The notes beneath the pieces are model-generated. The model was not told the DNA's origin. It saw nothing but the letters and a program-made list of their open reading frames with translations, and made no database searches. Positions 14,491 through 28,816 of a DNA stretch of 64,000 nucleotides are shown here, piece by piece. The position numbers were made by a program, and so were the translations under genes. Numbering within the stretch: position 1 is the first letter of the stretch; every line of letters begins with the position of its first letter. Origin of the DNA: the human T2T-CHM13v2.0 reference genome, Homo sapiens; NCBI RefSeq assembly GCF_009914755.1, contig NC_060945.1. One strand, given 5' to 3'.

Positions 14491-16127
14491 GGAATATTTG
14501 GCTTCTTTCCAGTCTTTCACCATTATTTAAAATGCCACAAGAAATCATCTCATGCACAATATCATTTTGCACATGTGCAAACAGAGCTGGAGGGCAGATT
14601 CCCAGAAGCATAAGCGTCTGGTCAAAAGGTGGATATGCATTCATAGCTTTGCTGGAAATTGCCACTTTGCCTCCAATTTGTACTCTGCCAGCAATATGTG
14701 AAAGTATCTGTTTCCCCACTGCCTGCCTAAGGGAGTGTATGTCTCACTTTTGTGTTGTTGCCAATCCAGAAGAAGCATATTGCGTAGACTTTCATTTGAG
14801 ACTCCATCTTTCTGTGTGGTTTGGCAGAAGACTGGGGGAACATTCTTATACTGGCTCTAAATGGAATGCAAGGATACTGCATTAACTTATGACTCAGTAA
14901 AGTAATTTATTTTGGGGAGCTAAAATAATCAGTTTGCTGCTTTCTCATGATTTTTAACTTGAAGCAACATGAAACTGGGAAAATAAAAATGGATAGCAAG
15001 ACTTTTAGACAATGTCTGTTCAGTGATGTTTCAAACATATTTTTGGCAGGAACTAGAAATCAGTCCATGTAGCCCAAGAATGATGCCAATTCCATATTCT
15101 GTGTTGCTGATTATAAAGGAAGCAAAATGTTCCAGTAAGCAGATGCAAAAGCAGCCATCAGCTCTCAGATACAGGAGCAGATGAGCTGGAGACGTCCTCA
15201 CGCGAGCACCGGCCGCTCTTCCCCATGCTGTGGGCAGCTTGCCTGTGGGAAAGGCCAAAGATTCCTTAAAAAGAGATTCAAATCTGCTCAAGTGCCAGGA
15301 TAAGCATTTAATCAGGAGCCCAGCATCCTGCTCCCCAATGAGTGGGGAAGATTTTCTAGGCCTGGAAAGTTTTTAAGAGGTAATGTGCTATTCTTAGTCA
15401 TAACAAATGAAAGACAACCCACATGTCCAGCCAGGCAGGATGGCCAATGGGCTGTTCAGTTGCCAGCTGCCTTCCCAGCCCTCCGGGACAGAGTCTCCTG
15501 TGATTCCGGCAGCATCCCCAGGACAGAGCCCTCAGGACCAAGGTAGAAAGCGCTTGGGCAGGGCAGTGGTCTCCCAGTCAGCAGGCAGACCTCCTGGGAC
15601 CACGGGGTCAGATGTGGGGCCTGAATGACTCCTGAGTCACAGCCCTGTCCCCTCTGACATCTCCCACTCCAATGCCATGGTCTGGCCACGTGCCTTGGCT
15701 TCCCTTCCTACACTTCAGTGGTCTAAGAGGATAATTCCAAGAGCCCCTAATCTAGCTCTGGTCTGCCCCTCGTCTGAAGACTAGATTCCTCCACTCACTG
15801 CCTAATACACCTGGGCTCCATCCTGTGAATGAAGTAAGTTGTTCAGAGCTACAGTCAAAGCTGCGAGCGGGAATTCTCACAGCTCCTGGGATCTCTCACC
15901 AGTTCCAACAAACTTCCCACCTCTCCAAGTCAGACTAAGCCTGAGATGTGTAACCTTCAGCTTAGTCTGCCTTAAACCAGCATTTCCCAAGCTTACATTT
16001 AGAGATCCTCTTTTTAAAAAAATCCTGTGGACTCCTAAGTTTTTGTTAAAGTATTTTTATTTTACTGCTACTTGTATGTGTGGCAACACTAGAGGACTTA
16101 CAAATATATTACGTTGATAGCTCTTTT

Positions 16128-16317
16128 AGTTTTTTGTTGTTTTGTTGTTTCTTTTCTTTTCTTTTCTTTTTAGAGACAGTCTTGCTTGTTGCCCAGGCTG
16201 GAGTGCAGTGGTGTGATCACAGCTCATTACAACCTCAATCACCTGGGCTCAAGTAAGCCTCCCATCTCAGCCTCCTGAGTAGCTGGGACCACAGGTGTGT
16301 GGCACATTACCCAGCCA
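16128..16317 (-). mobile_element. AluJ right-arm/FRAM-like monomer
   Basis: GCTGGAGTGCAGTGGTGTGATCACAGCTCA...CCTGGGCTCAAG. Confidence 0.85.
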
Positions 16318-17050
16318 TGACAGGTCTTATGTAAATAAAAATCAAAGAGATTTATCAATGAAATTAGAATACAACACCAATACATTTCAAATTAACAACG
16401 TAAGCTTAATTTGATGGATTATGCTATTTTGTTAAAACTGAGTCACCAATGCTGGGTTCACATTTTTAAAATACCCATATTTGTGTTCTATATTTTACTT
16501 ATAGATTTAGTCCTTTTGATTTTGAGAATAATGACCCTCTTTTGAGTGATGGTTGTTATTATTTCTCTTTTTTAACAAAGAGCTCAGTTTATCCTCTAAT
16601 CTATTACTTTGATGATCCCGAGAATATGAGTCCACTCAAAAATATAATAAAAATTAACTTGTAGTAAGAAAATCTACACTGTATTTTTTTTCACTAGCCT
16701 TATTGTTAATGAGTTGCCGTGGTTTCTAGGAAGAGAGGCAGAATTTACATATGTCGCCTGTCCCTGTAGGAGAGTGGTTCCCCCTGCTGCAGTGCAGGGC
16801 AAGACTGTGGGGTCTGCTTTCCCCAAGCGTCATGTCAGGGTGACCAGGGCTTGTTTGATGTGGTAGGCTACACAGCCTTCATTGATTCATTTGGACCAGA
16901 TGCCAACATGATCATGGCTACCCAGTGTGTGTTTTCCAGTGTTGATCCAGTGAAAGCAGAGTAATGAGGTTGCACGGTGTCCGACCACTGAAGAAGTTCA
17001 CCCAACGGGTCCAATCATGTATGTAACACACACTCAAGCACATGCGCAGA

Positions 17051-17074
17051 CACACACACACACACACACACACA
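17051..17074. repeat. (CA)n microsatellite
   Basis: About 12 CA units. Confidence 0.95.
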
Positions 17075-17112
17075 GTGTAAACACAGAATGAAAGCACTCA
17101 AGACAGCACCAT

Positions 17113-17413
17113 GAGCCGGGCGCGGTGGCCCACGCCTGTAATCCCAGCATTTTGGGAGGCCAAGGCGGGTGGATCACCTGAGGTCGGGAGTTCAAGATCA
17201 GCCTGGCCAACATGGCAAAACCTCGTCTCTATTAAAAATACAAAAATTAGCCTGGCATGGTGGTGGTACACATCTGTAATCCCAACTATTCAAGAGGCTG
17301 AGGCAGGAGAATCGCTTGAACCAAGACGGTGGAGGTTGCAGTGAGACGAGATTGCACCACTGTACTCAGCATGGGGAACAGAGTGACTGTCTCAAAAAAA
17401 AAAAAAAAAAAAA
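17113..17413 (+). mobile_element. Alu (AluS-type)
   Basis: Full dimer, poly(A), TSD AAGACA(G/A)CACCATGA. Confidence 0.95.
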
Positions 17414-17549
17414 AGACAACACCATGAGATTAACCTGTTTCCAAAAAAGTGTTAAAAACTTTGCCAATAAAGACCTAAAAGTATGACTCATTTGCTGATG
17501 CATATAGGACTAAGGAGCGTGCTCAGGACACGGATGGAGGGCTGAGGGC

Positions 17550-17975
17550 TGTGTTAGGGCCTCTACGAATGTTCATATCCCTCCTTAATTTGTATGTTGA
17601 ATCCCTAACCCCCAATGTGATGGTACTTGCAGATAGGGCCTTTGGGGGTGGTTAGGTTTAGATGAGGTCAAGAGAGTAGGACCCTCATAATGGGATTAGT
17701 GCCCTTATAAGAAGAGAAAGGTCGATCGATCAATCTGTCTCTGTGTATCTATCTATCTATCTATCTGTCTCCGCAAATGCCCCAGAAAAGGCCTTGTGAG
17801 AACCTGTGAGAAGGCGGCCGTCTGAAAACCTGGAAGACAGTCCTCTCCAGAACCCAACCACGCTGGCACCCTGATCTCAGACTTCCAGCCTCCAAAACAA
17901 AGAGAAAATAAGTGTCTGTAGTTTCAGCCACCTGGACATGGTATTTTGTTAGAGCAGCCTGAGATGGCTAAGACA
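17550..17975 (+). mobile_element. MLT1A-like MaLR LTR with internal (TCTA)n
   Basis: TATGTTGAATCCCTAACCCCCAATGTGATGGTA...GCTGGCACCCTGATCTCAGACTTCCAGCCTCCA...GCTAAGACA. Confidence 0.85.
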
Positions 17976-18113
17976 GAGTATAAACTGGCGCAGTCTTTGG
18001 GAGAGCAGGTTAGCAATGTCTAATAAAATTAAAACTCTTCAGATCCATTGATCAGCTTCTGAAATGTTTCCATCATTACACAAAGACATGAAAGCATGTG
18101 TACTGTGTATTTA

Positions 18114-18115
<2 letters not shown>

Positions 18116-18152
<37 letters not shown>
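18116..18152. repeat. (TG)n microsatellite
   Basis: About 18 TG units. Confidence 0.95.
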
Positions 18153-18155
<3 letters not shown>

Positions 18156-18492
18156 CTCTATTTATTACAGTATGCTTTAGAAGAGCCAAATTTGAAAACA
18201 ACCTGAACTTCTATCAGCAAAGTTTTTATCACATAAGCTATGGCACATCTACCAGTGGAATACAGTATACGACTTGAAAGAACAAGTCAAGTATTGTACT
18301 TATGTGGAAAGACGTTTGAGATATATTGCTATGCACGTTGCAAAATGCTAAATATAACAGCATCCATGGTTGTTTTTAAAAATTAACATCTGCTTTAAAA
18401 TGTGGAAGAACATACAGCAAATTGTTAAATGATCAGTTTGGGAGGAGGTTTAGGATTATGAAAGATTTTCACTTTCTACTCCATAGAGATCG

Positions 18493-18850
18493 TGATATGG
18501 TTTGGCTGTGTCCCCACCCAAATCTCATCTTGAATTGTAACTCCCACTTCCCACATGTCATGGGAGGAACCCAGATAGGGGGTGATTGAATCATGGGGGC
18601 GGGCCTCTCCTGCCCTGTTCTCATGATAGTGAATGAGTCTCATGAGATCTGATGCTTTTAAAAAGGGGAGTTTGCCTGCACAACCTCTCTTACCTTGTCT
18701 GCCGCCATATGAGACGTGCCTTTCGCCTTCCACCATGATTGTGAGGCCTCCCCAGCCACGTAAAACCGTAAGTCCAATAAACCTCTTTCTTTTGTAAATT
18801 GCCCAGTCTTGGGTATGTCTTTATCAGCAGCGTGAAAATGGACGAATACA
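18493..18850 (+). mobile_element. THE1 MaLR solo LTR
   Basis: TGATATGGTTTGGCTGTGTCCCCACCCAAATCTCATCTTG ... CAGCAGCGTGAAAATGGACGAATACA; TSD GATCG/GATGG. Confidence 0.95.
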
Positions 18851-18879
18851 GATGGTGAGAAAGCACGATAATTTTTAAA

Positions 18880-19400
18880 TTCTCTATCAGTGTGCACAGG
18901 GTGCCAGGCACTATTCTGGGGGCTGGTGATACAGCAGTGATGGAGCCCTACAGGTCCTCACTGCTGTGAGCAGATCTTTCACTGGAGGAGACAGGCAATT
19001 AGCACATGGAGGTGTAATGAAGAAAGACAACTGGGTATGGCACTGGAGACTAAAGCGGAGATGAAGGTTTCCGTTCGAGCTGCTTCCTCCACCCTTTCCC
19101 ACTTGTCTCCAGAGGGAAGGAGGAGAGATGGCAGATTCCTCCCCGGTGGCAGAACGGGAGGCATCAATTCCAGGCAGGAAGACTGAGGAGCAGGTATCCT
19201 GGTTCAGAGAGGTGTCTGTCCAACCCCTATGCTGAGACATGCTCTGTGGTTTGTGGTCTTTGGGGTGGCCACAGGACAGCCATCTCTAAGGGGGCATTTG
19301 AGCAGAAACTGAAGGAAGGGCAGGACATAGAAATGTCGGTGTCCAAAAGAAAGTTCCAGGCAGAGAGAACAGGAAATGATGAGTGAATGAATGAACCAGT
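18880..19400 (-). mobile_element. L2 LINE 3' fragments
   Basis: GTGCCAGGCACTATTCTGGGGGCTGGTGATACAGCAGTGA; GCATTTGAGCAGAAACTGAAGGA. Confidence 0.7.
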
Positions 19401-20270
19401 GAATGGAGGTCATCGCTGGCCAAGGAGCCACACACATGGGTGAGCAAACACCTTGTTCTTCCACCACAAGCCCTGTCTCTCCTGCTATAGCTGTTTAGTA
19501 AAGGGGAGGTGACTTCCCTCCCCACCCTGCCCGGTGTCATGGGTCTCAAGTTCATTTCCACCAGGACAGCACTTGGCACCCCCAAGGCCCTCAGCCTGCT
19601 GTCCCGTCTGAGCCTCTGCCACTTGCACAAAGGGCAAGGGTGGTGTATGCCCCTCCAGCTCCAGGGTCCTGCTCCTGAGGTGTGTGGGGTGCCAGTTGGG
19701 GGCTGCAAGCCTGACTGCCTCCAGCTCAGAGGAAAACCTTTCTCTAACCCACCCAGCTGGCCCCGGAAGTGCCTGGCCACTCTTGATGCATGGCCAACCA
19801 AGAAGATGGGGGGCGGGTCCCAGGGGTGCTGGTTTGAGGGAAGTCCGAGGCTTGGATGGCACCTGCCCAGGTACCTCTCCCCGGCTGCGGCCACCCTGAG
19901 CCTTGCAGCTGTCAGTCACTGGCTTTGCCAAGGGTTAGAGTCTTTCTCCTTCCCTTTAGTCTTGGTGATGTCTGCAGGGCCCAGCTGAGGAGATGGCAGT
20001 GGGCAGGGGCAGCATTTGGGGCCAGTGGTCTATCTACTCAAATATTCACGTGCATGTTTAGCAACAAATCAATAAAGAAGTGGTAAGCCCAAGGGACGTT
20101 TCAGTGTGTGAGGAACAAGGTCAATTCCTCTTCTTGTCCCCGTTCTTTTAATCTGCTTCCAGATTCCATTAGGAAATCGATGATGAGGTCTTATAAAAAG
20201 AATTTAAAACATATTGCGCAAATTAATAACCTCTGTTACTTTGTGAGGAATCCTTTAAAAAGCAACCTTT

Positions 20271-20598
<328 letters not shown>

Positions 20599-21230
20599 TT
20601 AGATTAACTCTGTGTCTTTCAATGCCAGATAAGGCAGCTGTTCTTATTTAATAACAGGAGCCAATGACTGGGGGAGCTGGGGTTCAAAGCCTGGTCTTAC
20701 CCAGATGTACACCAACACCCGCCTCTCCCCGTTGGACCCCGCCCAAAAGCAGCTGCCTGAACGCAGCTTGTTCAGAATGGTATTGGAAATCCACAACCCA
20801 GACCCGTCATCCTGGGGAACCCCAGGACAAGCACATTCCCTCCCCCAACCAGCTTCACCCCGAAGGCAGAGAAGCCGGGACAGCCAGCTCCTGCCGCTCT
20901 CTGAACCCATTTTTCTACGAGCTGAGGCCCGTTCTCACAAGCACACCAGGAACTCGGGAGAGAGGAATTCTCTCTGGACAATCCGGGTCTTCTGGGCAAG
21001 CAAGTCTTCCCCCTTATGGAGACAAAGACGGCCACTGGGTCTGGACCCCTCCACTTATAATAGGGCCAGGAGGGCTTCGGTCTATATGATTATTATTACT
21101 ATTATTACTTCTCTTTCTTCTTTCCTAACTCAGTTACTTAGCCAGTTGCAACAAGGTAAGAGGGAAGGAAAATGTGCCCTGCCTGGTTGATTCATGGATA
21201 GGATTTGTGACCTTCTGCTCGGGGAGAGCC

Positions 21231-21730
21231 TGTGTATACACCATGTGAGTGTCCTGTCCTAAAAAATCGTCACAAGCTTGGGGGCTTAAAACAAAAACGA
21301 TTCATCTTCCCACAGTTCTGGAGGCTAGGATCCCGAAACCAAGATTTCCTGATGGAATCTGGAAGCAGATTGAAAGAACGGGGACAAGCAGAGACCGCTG
21401 GGCCCTGCTCCCTCGGAAGGCTCCAGGGTCGGGGGTCATTCCTCATCTCCCCAGTCTCTGATGGCAGCTGGCGTTCCTCGGCTTGGGGGCACATTGCTTC
21501 ATTTCTGACTCTGCTGTTGCGTGGCTGTCTCCCCTCTGTGTGTTTTGTGCCTGTTCTCCTCTTTCTGTAAAGACACCAGTCATATAGGATTTAGGGCTCA
21601 CCCTAATACACTATGATCTCATTTTAATTAAATTAATTGTACCTGCAAAGACCCTATTTCCAATAAAGGTCACATTCTGAGGTTCCAGGTGGACACGAAT
21701 TTTGGGGGACACTATTCAGCCAGTACATAC
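21231..21730 (-). mobile_element. MLT1 (C/D-like) LTR carrying a 51-bp foreign insert at 21343-21393
   Basis: CACAGTTCTGGAGGCTAG...CTGCAAAGACCCTATTTCCAATAAAGGTCACATTCTGAGGTTCCAGGTGGAC. Confidence 0.85.
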
Positions 21731-22039
21731 ACTATGGAGGAGAGGCAAGAGACACCCGAGGCTTGGACACGGTCATCTCATTCAGCAGACAGCACTGAGC
21801 GCCCACTGGGTGAGAAGCAGGGAGCTACCGCCCAATCCTGCTCAGCCAGGATGGGCAGGAGATGGGTCCAAAGCTCTCAGAGTGTGGCTGTAACAGGAGA
21901 AAGCGGCAGTGGAGGGGTGGAACGGCACCGGTGACCGTGAACAAAACCTCTCCCATCTCTCACCTCTGCGGCACTGGCCTCCCCAGCCTCCCCTGCCAGC
22001 GTGAGCTCACCCACGAAGCTCATTTCTGAGCAGCCCTTC

Positions 22040-22260
22040 CTGGCCTCTGATCTGACTCAGGACTGCGGAAAATCCCTCGTGGCTCAGGGCATGGGCGGCT
22101 CAGCCCAGGGTGGCCCTCGTGGGGGCTGAGTCAGCAGAGCAGGCCGCCGCTGAGGTGGTGACACTCACACGTGTGTCACCGTTCATGGAACACGCACACC
22201 GATGCAGGCAGACCCAGAGCCGGGCATTTGAGGCCAACTTGAACAGGAAGGAAACACGGT
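22040..22260. promoter_or_regulatory. Candidate signal-responsive enhancer motif cluster
   Basis: TGACTCA 22053; GGAAAATCCC (NF-kB consensus on minus) 22067; GCTGAGTCAGCA (MARE/ARE-type) 22125; CACGTG 22168; AACAGGAAG (ETS core) 22242. Confidence 0.4.
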
Positions 22261-22289
22261 CACAACACTTCCCTCACTAGAGGTGGTTC

Positions 22290-22520
22290 CTGGGCGGACT
22301 GTGGATTCAGATCAGCTCCAATATTTAGCAGTTTTAAAGCTATAATTTCCTGGAAAACGTACTCAATTTCTCTAAGCCTTGTGCTTCTCATCTGCAGAAT
22401 GGGTACATTCATCCCTAATCCATAGAGCTGCTGTGAGAATTCCATGAGATACTGAATAGATACCACGTATTTCGGACCTGACTCATGACAAGACCAATAA
22501 CGGGGCCATTGTCTCATCTG
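22290..22520 (+). mobile_element. MIR SINE
   Basis: CTCTAAGCCTTGTGCTTCTCATCTGCAGAATGGG...CATAGAGCTGCTGTGAGAATTCCATGAGAT. Confidence 0.8.
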
Positions 22521-23120
22521 TTCTTCTCCCCATAGTCTTTGCAGAGTGAACGCTGAGAATGAGAACTCCTAACGTTTTTCCTTTCTGTCCACACAACTTC
22601 ACGATTTACCAAAAGCATTTTGTGTAATTTCTCTTCTTCATCTTTCTCATGAAATGAAAACAACAGTTTTCTGCAGCTGACCCTTTCACCAGAGCTTCCA
22701 AGCTCCCCAGAGCAAGAACCCACATACCAAGCTATGGCAGTCCTGGACCTTGGAAATCATACGGCCACATCTGCAGAAGGAGAAATCCTTGCAGACGGCA
22801 GAGGAGCTGGTGCAATGGCCCAGAGGGAGCAGAACAATTATTTTTTGAAGAATCTTGTCTAACTAAATTATCAGCACTCTCTGTATCCTCAACCTTTAAT
22901 GACCCTCAGTTCTGTTGAGGTCAGACAATGTGAAACTGAACTAGAAAGTCCATTTTTAAAATCTATGCTGCTATAAATGTGATAAAACCCAGCTACCACA
23001 GCAAGGAAAAGAATCTCACTGTTTTCTGGGGTTCCTAGCTCGTCGGAGATGAGTGGGTGACTTCTCGGCTTTTTCCTTGATCTGATGAAAAACCTACCCA
23101 AACCCTTCCTTGCTTCTGCA

Positions 23121-23342
23121 CGAGGGGCTGGGAAACTACAGCCCTGGCCCTGCCGCCTATTTTTGTAAATAAAGTTTTATTGGAACGCAGCTACACTCCT
23201 TCACTTACACACTGCCTAAGGCTGCTTTTACAAGACAACTGCAAATGTGAGTCGTTTCCACAGAGGCCTCATGGCCCTCAAAGCCAAAATTATTTACTGT
23301 ATCATCTGGCCCTTCGCAGGAAAAAAAAATTGCTAATTTCTG
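23121..23342 (+). mobile_element. MER58A hAT-Charlie MITE
   Basis: AAACTACAGCCC...TTTTGTAAATAAAGTTTTATTGGAAC...TGGCCCTCAAAGCCAAAATTATTTACTG. Confidence 0.85.
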
Positions 23343-23420
23343 TTCTACTCTGAGTATCCACTAGTTATCTATTTCTCTCTTTTTAAAAATAATCTTTGTT
23401 TTTATAACTGTTTTAGGTTT

Positions 23421-23774
23421 TGTATTAGTCCTTTTTCATGCTGCTGATAAAGTCACACCCAAGACTGGGAAGAAAAAGAGGTTTAACTGGACTTATAGTT
23501 CCGCATGGCTGGGGAGGCATCAGAATCATGGCAGGAGGCAAAAGGCACTTCTTACATGGTGGTGGCAAGAGAAAATGAGGAAGAAGCAAAAGCGGAAACC
23601 CCTGATAAACCCATCAGATCTCGTGAGACTTATTCACTATCATGAGAATAGTGTGGGAAAGACCGGCCCCCATGATTCAATTACCTCCTCCTGAGTCCCT
23701 CCCACAACAAGTGGGAATTCTGGGAGATACAATTCAAGTTGAGATTTGGGTGGGGACAGAGCCAAACCATATCA
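23421..23774 (-). mobile_element. THE1 (C-like) solo LTR inserted in an antisense L1M 3' end (~23380-23990)
   Basis: TGTATTAGTCC...GCCAAACCATATCA; perfect 5-bp TSD GGTTT. Confidence 0.95.
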
Positions 23775-26114
23775 GGTTTATAGGAAAATTATGTAGATAG
23801 TGCAGAGAGTCTCCCCATATTCCTTCTCCCTCACATACATTCCCCTATATTCAGCATCTTGCATTAATTAGTGTGCTCCATTGGATACAACCGATGAAGC
23901 AATATTGATAGATTATTAACTACAGTTCATAGTTCACGCTAGGTTTCACTCTTTGTGTAGTACATTTCCATAGGTTTTAACAAATTGTTTTATTTCATTC
24001 AACATTTTATTGTTACTTTTTAATTATGAAAGTAAGCACATGCCTATTATAACAAGTTTGAACAATACAAACTGTATAAAGGAAGTGATGGAAGGTTCCC
24101 CACTGTACTTTCTGGGTCAATCCTAACACAGCTGACCACGTGCCCTTCCTGAGCTGTTCCCATGCACACAGCCCTGACACTCGTGGGAGTCTGGGTTTTT
24201 TCTAAACGTGGAACTATGCTAGGCTTGTTGCTTGAAACTCGCTTTTCCCACTTAACTGTCTCAGTTTTCTTTCTTTGTTTGTTTGTTTGCTTGCTTGCTT
24301 GTTTTGAGGCAGAGTTTTTCTCTTATTGCCCACGCTGGAGTGCAATGGTGAGATCTTGGCTCTCCATAACCAGATGCTGTATTGAAGGTATGTGCCCATG
24401 TTTAGACACTCAACACAGCCTGTCCATTCATCCTGAAGCACTTCTGGTAGCATTTATGTGAATAGAGTTCTAGAACTTGGACTGTCCAATCAGAAGATGT
24501 GAACATTTTTAGCCTGGTGAGAAATGAAACAACTTGGTAGCATTCACACACCCATCCTCCTGCACACAGAGTGGGGACAGGGGGTGCAGTGTAGATCCCA
24601 AGGCACCGGGAGCATGAGAAGGAGAGTGTACAGGGGTTAGGGAAACCCCAGGAGGCTTCCTGGAGGAGGTGGGTTATGAGAAGGTGAGCTGGATGCACAG
24701 GGTCTGAAGGAGTAGGGGAGGGGGTCATCCAGACAAGAATCACCTGAGCAAAGCCTGGGCCCTTTACGGATCCCAAGGTCAAGGTCACAGGCTGCTCCTT
24801 ACAAATCGCATCATGCATATTTCTGCTGAGGAGGAAAAGATCTTGTAGCCAAGGCTGAAAATCGGGTCTAGTGTGCACCCTCAGTGGGCTGGGAGGAGGA
24901 AGCACTGGGCAAGAGGCACCATTGCAGGCATTCGGGAGATCAGACACAGGTTTGCTTTCCCGGGTGCAGCCTTGGTGGGGTCCCCAAGCTGCCCCAGTCA
25001 GGAGCAGACAGGGCCTCACAGTCCTGTCCCCGGAAGCAGGAAAAAAGGGAGGGAGAAAGAAAGAGAGGGAAGGAGGATGGGCAGGGGAGAGAGAAGAAGG
25101 AAGGGAGAAAGGGGAGAACGCATTGGCCTTCACACACTCCCTAGCAAGACCCAGAGAGTTTATGGCAACATATCATCATAGCCCCAGACTGAGACAGTCC
25201 AGAAGAGCATTCACAATGGAATCCCACAGCAGAGTACCACACCACCCAGCCATGAAGAAGAACAAAGTCCTGCTGCACAGAGCACCGGGCAGGGATGGGC
25301 ACACAGAGAGCCTGGGGCCAACAAGGTCCTCATTGCTCTGTGTTCCTTCCCAATCCCAGTCCCCTCCGCCCCACTCCTCTCTTTTCTACCCAGAGAACTT
25401 TTGCTGTAATAACTCTTTTGCTTTCCTTTATAATTTACCACCTAAGCATGTTTTCCGAAATAGAGGATTGCTTTTTTTCTCCAGCAGGTGTTTCTTTTTC
25501 TTAAGGCAACATGGAGGCAGGGCTTGTCAGTGCTGGCCACAGGGGTCTGCTTTGTGATCGCTATTGAGTTGTGTTTTGGTTTGTTTGTTTGTTTTGTGCA
25601 CGTTCTTCTATGTGTGTCGTTATTTAACAATAAAGAAGTTTCTCCACCTTTAAAAGTCTGAAAATTGTTGCTTTAGTCCACTGGCTACATTATACATAAA
25701 GTAGATCAGTGTACACCTGTATGTACTCTACTACATGCTTAGAGAGAGGGGGACCTAGGTTTACTCCTCTGCACTTACATGATGTCCCCATGTATGCAGT
25801 GCAGCAGGTCCCCAAATAACGTCATTTTATCCAATGTCATTGTATTACAATGTTGATGAGACAAAAGAAATCACTCCCCATCCAGGGGCCACTGTTTGTG
25901 TGGAGTCTGCACAGTCCCCCAGTGTCCACGCTAGTGTTCTCCTCTTGCAGCCCAAACTGTGCACATTAGGTGAATTCGCAGGTCTAAATTGTCCCCATCT
26001 GAGGGAACGTGGGTGTGGGTGCGCCCCTTGATGGAAGGGTGTCCTGTCCGTGCTGGCTCCCACCTTCCACTCAGAGTTGCCAGGAGAAGCTCCAGACACT
26101 CCACCCTGAACTGA

Positions 26115-26642
<528 letters not shown>

Positions 26643-26901
26643 TGATGGTAACCAGATCAGGGCAATGCACCCAGCCCTCATCTCAAGCATTTGTCATGTG
26701 TTTGTGTGGTAACATTCATATCCTCCCTGTAGCTATTTGAAACTCTATGATATATTATAATTAACCATAGTCATCCCACAGTTGTATAGAGCATGATGAC
26801 TTATTCCTCCTATCTAGCTGTAATTTTATGTCCTTTAACAAGTCTCTCTCTTTCCCCCTCTTCCCCCTATCCTTCCCAGCCTCCAACATCCCCTGTTCTA
26901 C

Positions 26902-27256
<355 letters not shown>

Positions 27257-28029
27257 TGAGTGACAGCATGCAGGGTTTAGCTTTCTGTTCCTGGCTTGTT
27301 TCACTCAGCATCATGCTCTCCAGTTCCGTTTGTCTGGAGTGAGTGTGGATGTGGATCTGATCCTGCAATGGAAGGGCATTACCGTGAATGACAGGATCTC
27401 ATTCTTACATATGGCTGAATAGTATTCCATGGTGTATATACGCCCCGTTTTTCTTTATCCATTCATCTGTTGTTGGACACAAGCCAGGATTCCATATCTC
27501 AGCTATTGTGAATATTGCTCCAATAAACACTGGGAGTGCAGATGTCAGCAGAATAAAACTAGGCCCCCACTTCTCACTGCATACAAAAGCCACCTGAAAA
27601 TGGATCAAAGACCTCAAAGGCAAGACCCAAAACTATAAAACTCCTAGAAAAAACAAAACAGGGAAATGCTTTAGGACATTGGTCTGGGAAAAGATTTTAC
27701 AAATAAGACCTCAAAAGCACAGGCAACAAAAGCAAAAATAAACAAATGGGATTATGTCAAACTAAAAAGCTTCTGCAGAGCGAAGGAAACAATCTACAAA
27801 ATGAAAATACAATCTACAGAATAGGAGAAAATATTTGTAAAGTATTCATCTGATGAAAGATTAGTATCCAGAATATACAAGGAACTCAAACACCTCAAGA
27901 GCAAAACAACAACAAAACCAATTCAATTTAAAAATGGGCAAATGATGTGACAGACATTTCCGAGAATAAGACATACAAATGGCCAACACATACATGAAAA
28001 AAGGTAAAGAAGGCAGATTTCTGCCTTTC

Positions 28030-28401
28030 TGTCACGGGTGGTGACTAGCTAGGGCTGGTGTCGCAGGTGGTAAAGGTATTTGCCAAGAGAGTAGTAGGTA
28101 AAGAAAGGCAGATTTATTAGAGAAGGTATGAGAATATGTTGCAAGGTTGCAAGGTTGCAATGGGCTGTCTACAAAAAGGCAGGGGCTGGAGGGAAGTTTT
28201 ATAGGGTCATGCTGGAGGGGCCAACAAAAGGAGGTCATGCTGCTGGGGCCACCAGGAACTAGGTCATTGTCATCCTGTCATCCGGTTGTTTGTGATTGGC
28301 CATCTCTCAGAATAATTGTTCGTTGTTATTCCCCACCTGGGGCCCTTCCCCACCTGGGGTCCCTCCTGATTGTTGCTTACTTATCTTATCAGGACTCCAC
28401 A
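28030..28401 (-). mobile_element. ERV1-class solo LTR (MER83-like)
   Basis: Minus strand begins TGTGGAGTCCTGATAAGATAAGTAAGCAACAAT...GGGCCCCAGGTGGGGAATAACAA; TG...CA ends. Confidence 0.7.
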
Positions 28402-28816
28402 CTTTCCCTGATGAGTGTCCTTGGTGCCTTTGTCAAATATCGGATCACTATAGATACATGGATTAATTTCTGTCGATAATTTGTTTCATTGGTCTATGTG
28501 TTTGTTTCTATGCCAGTGCCATGCTGTTTTGGTTACTATAGGCTTGCAATATATTTCGAAGTCAGGCAGTGTGATGTCTCCAGCTTTGTTCTTTTTGCTC
28601 AGGATTTCTTTGGCTATTTGGGGTCTTTTGGGGTTCCATACAAATTTTAAGATTTTTTTTTCTATTCCTGTGAACTATTTTGACAGAGATTGTACCAAAT
28701 CTGCAGATTGCTTTCAATAGTGTTACTAGTTTTTAATTTTTCTTAAATGTATGAAAAGCTCATATTTGTTTCGATGTTTAATATTAGAAGTGTTTTGATC
28801 TTTATTTCAAAATTTG

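Noticed and set aside
24402-25557. Overlapping 243-aa and 228-aa ORFs
   Set aside because: GC/purine-rich low-complexity sequence open on both strands, with non-ATG starts, no protein family resemblance and no exon structure.
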